Source: a virus
Virus genome (UHGV): UHGV-1374314
Strand: one strand, 5' to 3'
DNA length: 8,526 nt
Under the pieces are notes generated by a model that ran no database searches, was not told where the DNA came from, and saw only the letters and a list, made by a program, of their open reading frames with translations. Made by a program: the position numbers and the translations under genes. Below, piece after piece: positions 6,497 through 8,526 of this stretch (position 1 is the first letter of the stretch; each line of letters starts with the position of its first letter).

Positions 6497-7762
6497 ATGC
6501 GCTCTGTTATTGTTGCTTTTTTATTTGCCTGTTCATTCTGCGTTTCTGCTGAAACTGTTAATTTAAATAATTCATCTATTCGCTCATTTGTTCAGTGGTA
6601 TTCTTCAAAAACTGGCAAGCCTGTTATTGTTAATCCTGATATTAAAGGAAACGTAACCGTATTTAATGCTGATGTTAATCCAACAAATATTGATGATTTC
6701 TTTAAGTCTGTTCTGAATGCTAACGGTTTTGTCATGCTTTCTGGCAATCCTGCGGTAGTCTCTTTGCCGTCTAAATTACCTTCACAGATGGTTTCGGATT
6801 CCGATGATTCTGATAACCAGTCTTATGATACTTTTCCTTCTGAGCCATCTTACCAGCCAGTACCTGTGGCGCTTACGGTCAGAAATTTTAAGCTGACAAA
6901 AGTTAGATCGTCCGATGTTCAGCAACTGATTAAAATTTATCTTGATTCTAATGGTGGTGGTAATGTCGTGGATTATCCAGGCAATAACTCGCTGATTGTT
7001 TCTGCGCCTGACGAGCTGCTGCCGGTTCTGTCCGATTTTATCAATTCTGTGGATGTTGCCCGCGATCAGGTTCTCATTCAGTCGCTGATGTTTGAAACCA
7101 GCTTGTCTGATGGCGTTGATTTATCGTTTGCGGCAGGTTCTGCATCCGGTCATAAGGTTGCGGGGGGCTTTAATACTTCTGCACTGGGTAGCGCTCTTTC
7201 TACGGCGGGCGGTTCTTTTGGTATTTTTGATGGTAACGTGTTGGCGCTGTCTCTGCGTGCTGTCCAGAGTAATTCACGCTCTAAGGTGATTTCAACGCCG
7301 CGTATTCTTACTCAGTCTGGTCAGACTGGTTACATTTCCGTAGGTAAGAATGTGCCGTTTATCACCGGAAAGGTAACGGGCGAATCTGCCGGGGTAAATA
7401 ATCCGTTTCAGACTATCGAGCGTCATGATGTTGGCGTTTCTCTCAAGGTAACGCCTGTTGTCATGGGTAACGGGCAACTAGTTCTGACTATCGACACTCG
7501 CGCTGATTCAATCAGCAATGATGATCAGGCATCCGATATTATTACTAATCAGCGCCAGATTCAGACGACAGTCCAGATTAAGGATGGTCAGACGTTGTTA
7601 TTGGGGGGGCTTATCGATTCATCGTTCAGCAATGCCGAGCGTTCAGTTCCAGTTATAAGTAAAATTCCTCTTATAGGCTGGATTTTCAGTAGCAAGGCAG
7701 ACAGCAATGAACAGCGTATTATGTATATTTTGCTTACAGCACATATCATTCGTCCACTTTGA
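6497..7762 (+). CDS. gIV: Secretin gpIV (outer-membrane export channel for virion extrusion)
   Basis: Start at ATG 6497 (MRSVIVAFLFACSFCVSA, signal peptide); the track ORF 6404.. is an upstream extension overlapping gI. Strong similarity to Ff pIV throughout, e.g. GGSFGIF, NVPFITG(K/R)VTGESA, NNPFQTIER, DGQTLLLGGL, SKIPLIG. Confidence 0.95.
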   Translation: MRSVIVAFLFACSFCVSAETVNLNNSSIRSFVQWYSSKTGKPVIVNPDIKGNVTVFNADVNPTNIDDFFKSVLNANGFVMLSGNPAVVSLPSKLPSQMVSDSDDSDNQSYDTFPSEPSYQPVPVALTVRNFKLTKVRSSDVQQLIKIYLDSNGGGNVVDYPGNNSLIVSAPDELLPVLSDFINSVDVARDQVLIQSLMFETSLSDGVDLSFAAGSASGHKVAGGFNTSALGSALSTAGGSFGIFDGNVLALSLRAVQSNSRSKVISTPRILTQSGQTGYISVGKNVPFITGKVTGESAGVNNPFQTIERHDVGVSLKVTPVVMGNGQLVLTIDTRADSISNDDQASDIITNQRQIQTTVQIKDGQTLLLGGLIDSSFSNAERSVPVISKIPLIGWIFSSKADSNEQRIMYILLTAHIIRPL

Positions 7763-7803
7763 TGGATAGCGGGTAGGTGCGTGAGCCCTGCTCGCTATCC
7801 ATC
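7761..7803. other. Perfect 11-bp inverted repeat (hairpin) overlapping the gIV stop codon
   Basis: GATGGATAGCG (7761-7771) / CGCTATCCATC (7793-7803) with a 21-nt G-rich loop. No T-tract follows on the + strand. Confidence 0.5.
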
Positions 7804-7831
7804 AAATGGACATTATTGATTGGGGTAACTA

Positions 7832-8140
7832 ATGGATTCTTATGGGATTTTATCTGCTCTGGCAGAACGAACGATTACAGCGGAAGAAGCAAAAACAATG
7901 ACACTTGCAGCCAGAAGTTCTTCGGCTCAGGTAAATGAAGCATCACTTGCTCTGTTACTGATTGATAATACTCTGGATGCGATCAAAGCAGCTGCCAGTG
8001 AAGGGAAAGGATACACTTTACTTCCTTCTTATGAGATTTCTGTAAAAGCCATTGATTTAGCAGAAGAATTTTTAAGGAAACAATGCGGCTATGTTATTGA
8101 TAACCAGAATGGCGTAAGGACGGTCTATTGGTTTATATGA
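7832..8140 (+). CDS. Hypothetical protein, 102 aa, predicted largely helical
   Basis: Intact ORF with a plausible G-rich RBS upstream and balanced composition. No recognisable family. Phage or host origin uncertain. Confidence 0.5.
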   Translation: MDSYGILSALAERTITAEEAKTMTLAARSSSAQVNEASLALLLIDNTLDAIKAAASEGKGYTLLPSYEISVKAIDLAEEFLRKQCGYVIDNQNGVRTVYWFI

Positions 8141-8257
8141 TAACCCCGGACAATGACAAAACTTGCTTTTGTTAGTGTCAGGGGTTGGCCAAGCCGAACA
8201 ATTCTGTTTTTTTAGCGTTATTGCTGATTCGGCGCGGCAGCATTACGAGGAGATAAA

Positions 8258-8491
8258 ATGCAATTTTTCACATCCAGCGATACTGTAATGTTATGTGCGA
8301 AGACCTGCGATCGCTGTGGTCGCCATGCGAAGACGGTGGTAGATGACATTGAGTTCAATGAGTTTCTGTCTGTTAATCACTTAGCTGGATACGGTTCAAT
8401 TTTTGGTGACAGTAATCGCTTAAAACTGGATTTATGCCAACATTGCCTGAAAGACGTCCTGGGCCAGTGGATTACGGTCTGTGACCAATGA
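8258..8491 (+). CDS. Hypothetical small Cys-rich protein, 77 aa (possible zinc-ribbon: CxxxCxxC ... CxxC)
   Basis: Strong RBS GAGGAG 6-11 nt upstream of the ATG. Cys pattern CAKTCDRCG ... CQHC. Confidence 0.5.
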   Translation: MQFFTSSDTVMLCAKTCDRCGRHAKTVVDDIEFNEFLSVNHLAGYGSIFGDSNRLKLDLCQHCLKDVLGQWITVCDQ

Positions 8492-8526
8492 CGCCACCGG
8501 TAACGCCAGTTCCCGCCATCCTTACC

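Larger units (their letters stand above)
4..7803 (+). mobile_element. Integrated filamentous phage (Inoviridae, Ff/IKe-like); minimum extent, true boundaries uncertain
   Basis: Syntenic inovirus core gII-gV-gVII-gIX-gVIII-gIII-gVI-gI-gIV on the + strand, with a dif-like site at the left edge. The right boundary is not identifiable within the window. Confidence 0.8.

Noticed and set aside
7092-7477. ORFs 7092..7289 (+) and 7292..7477 (-) inside gIV
   Set aside because: Embedded in the conserved secretin gene; no support.
1-8526. CRISPR arrays, tRNA/rRNA genes, IS elements
   Set aside because: No direct-repeat/spacer periodicity, no tRNA-like cloverleaf candidates and no transposase-like ORFs or terminal inverted repeats were seen.

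Overview
This window appears to hold an integrated filamentous phage (Inoviridae, Ff/IKe-like). On the + strand the near-complete canonical gene set runs gII(+nested gX)-gV-gVII-gIX-gVIII-gIII-gVI-gI(+nested gXI)-gIV across ~1959-7762, with tight or overlapping junctions and a rho-independent terminator directly after the major coat gene. The morphogenesis proteins (gVIII, gIII C-terminus, gVI, gI, gIV) are recognisably Ff/IKe-like; the replication proteins (gII, gV) are much more divergent, so the element looks mosaic. The window opens with a dif-like XerC/XerD site (4-36), suggesting Xer-mediated integration (IMEX-type). Between that site and gII lies a minus-strand block with no counterpart in Ff/IKe: a small putative DNA-binding regulator divergent from gII, then a ~4-TM membrane protein, an N-terminally anchored protein and a small acidic soluble protein. 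This block is my main candidate for an undescribed phage-borne system. Two further small unknown ORFs, one Cys-rich, follow gIV. All homology statements rest on reading the translations and on recalled Ff/IKe protein sequences; no database search was run.
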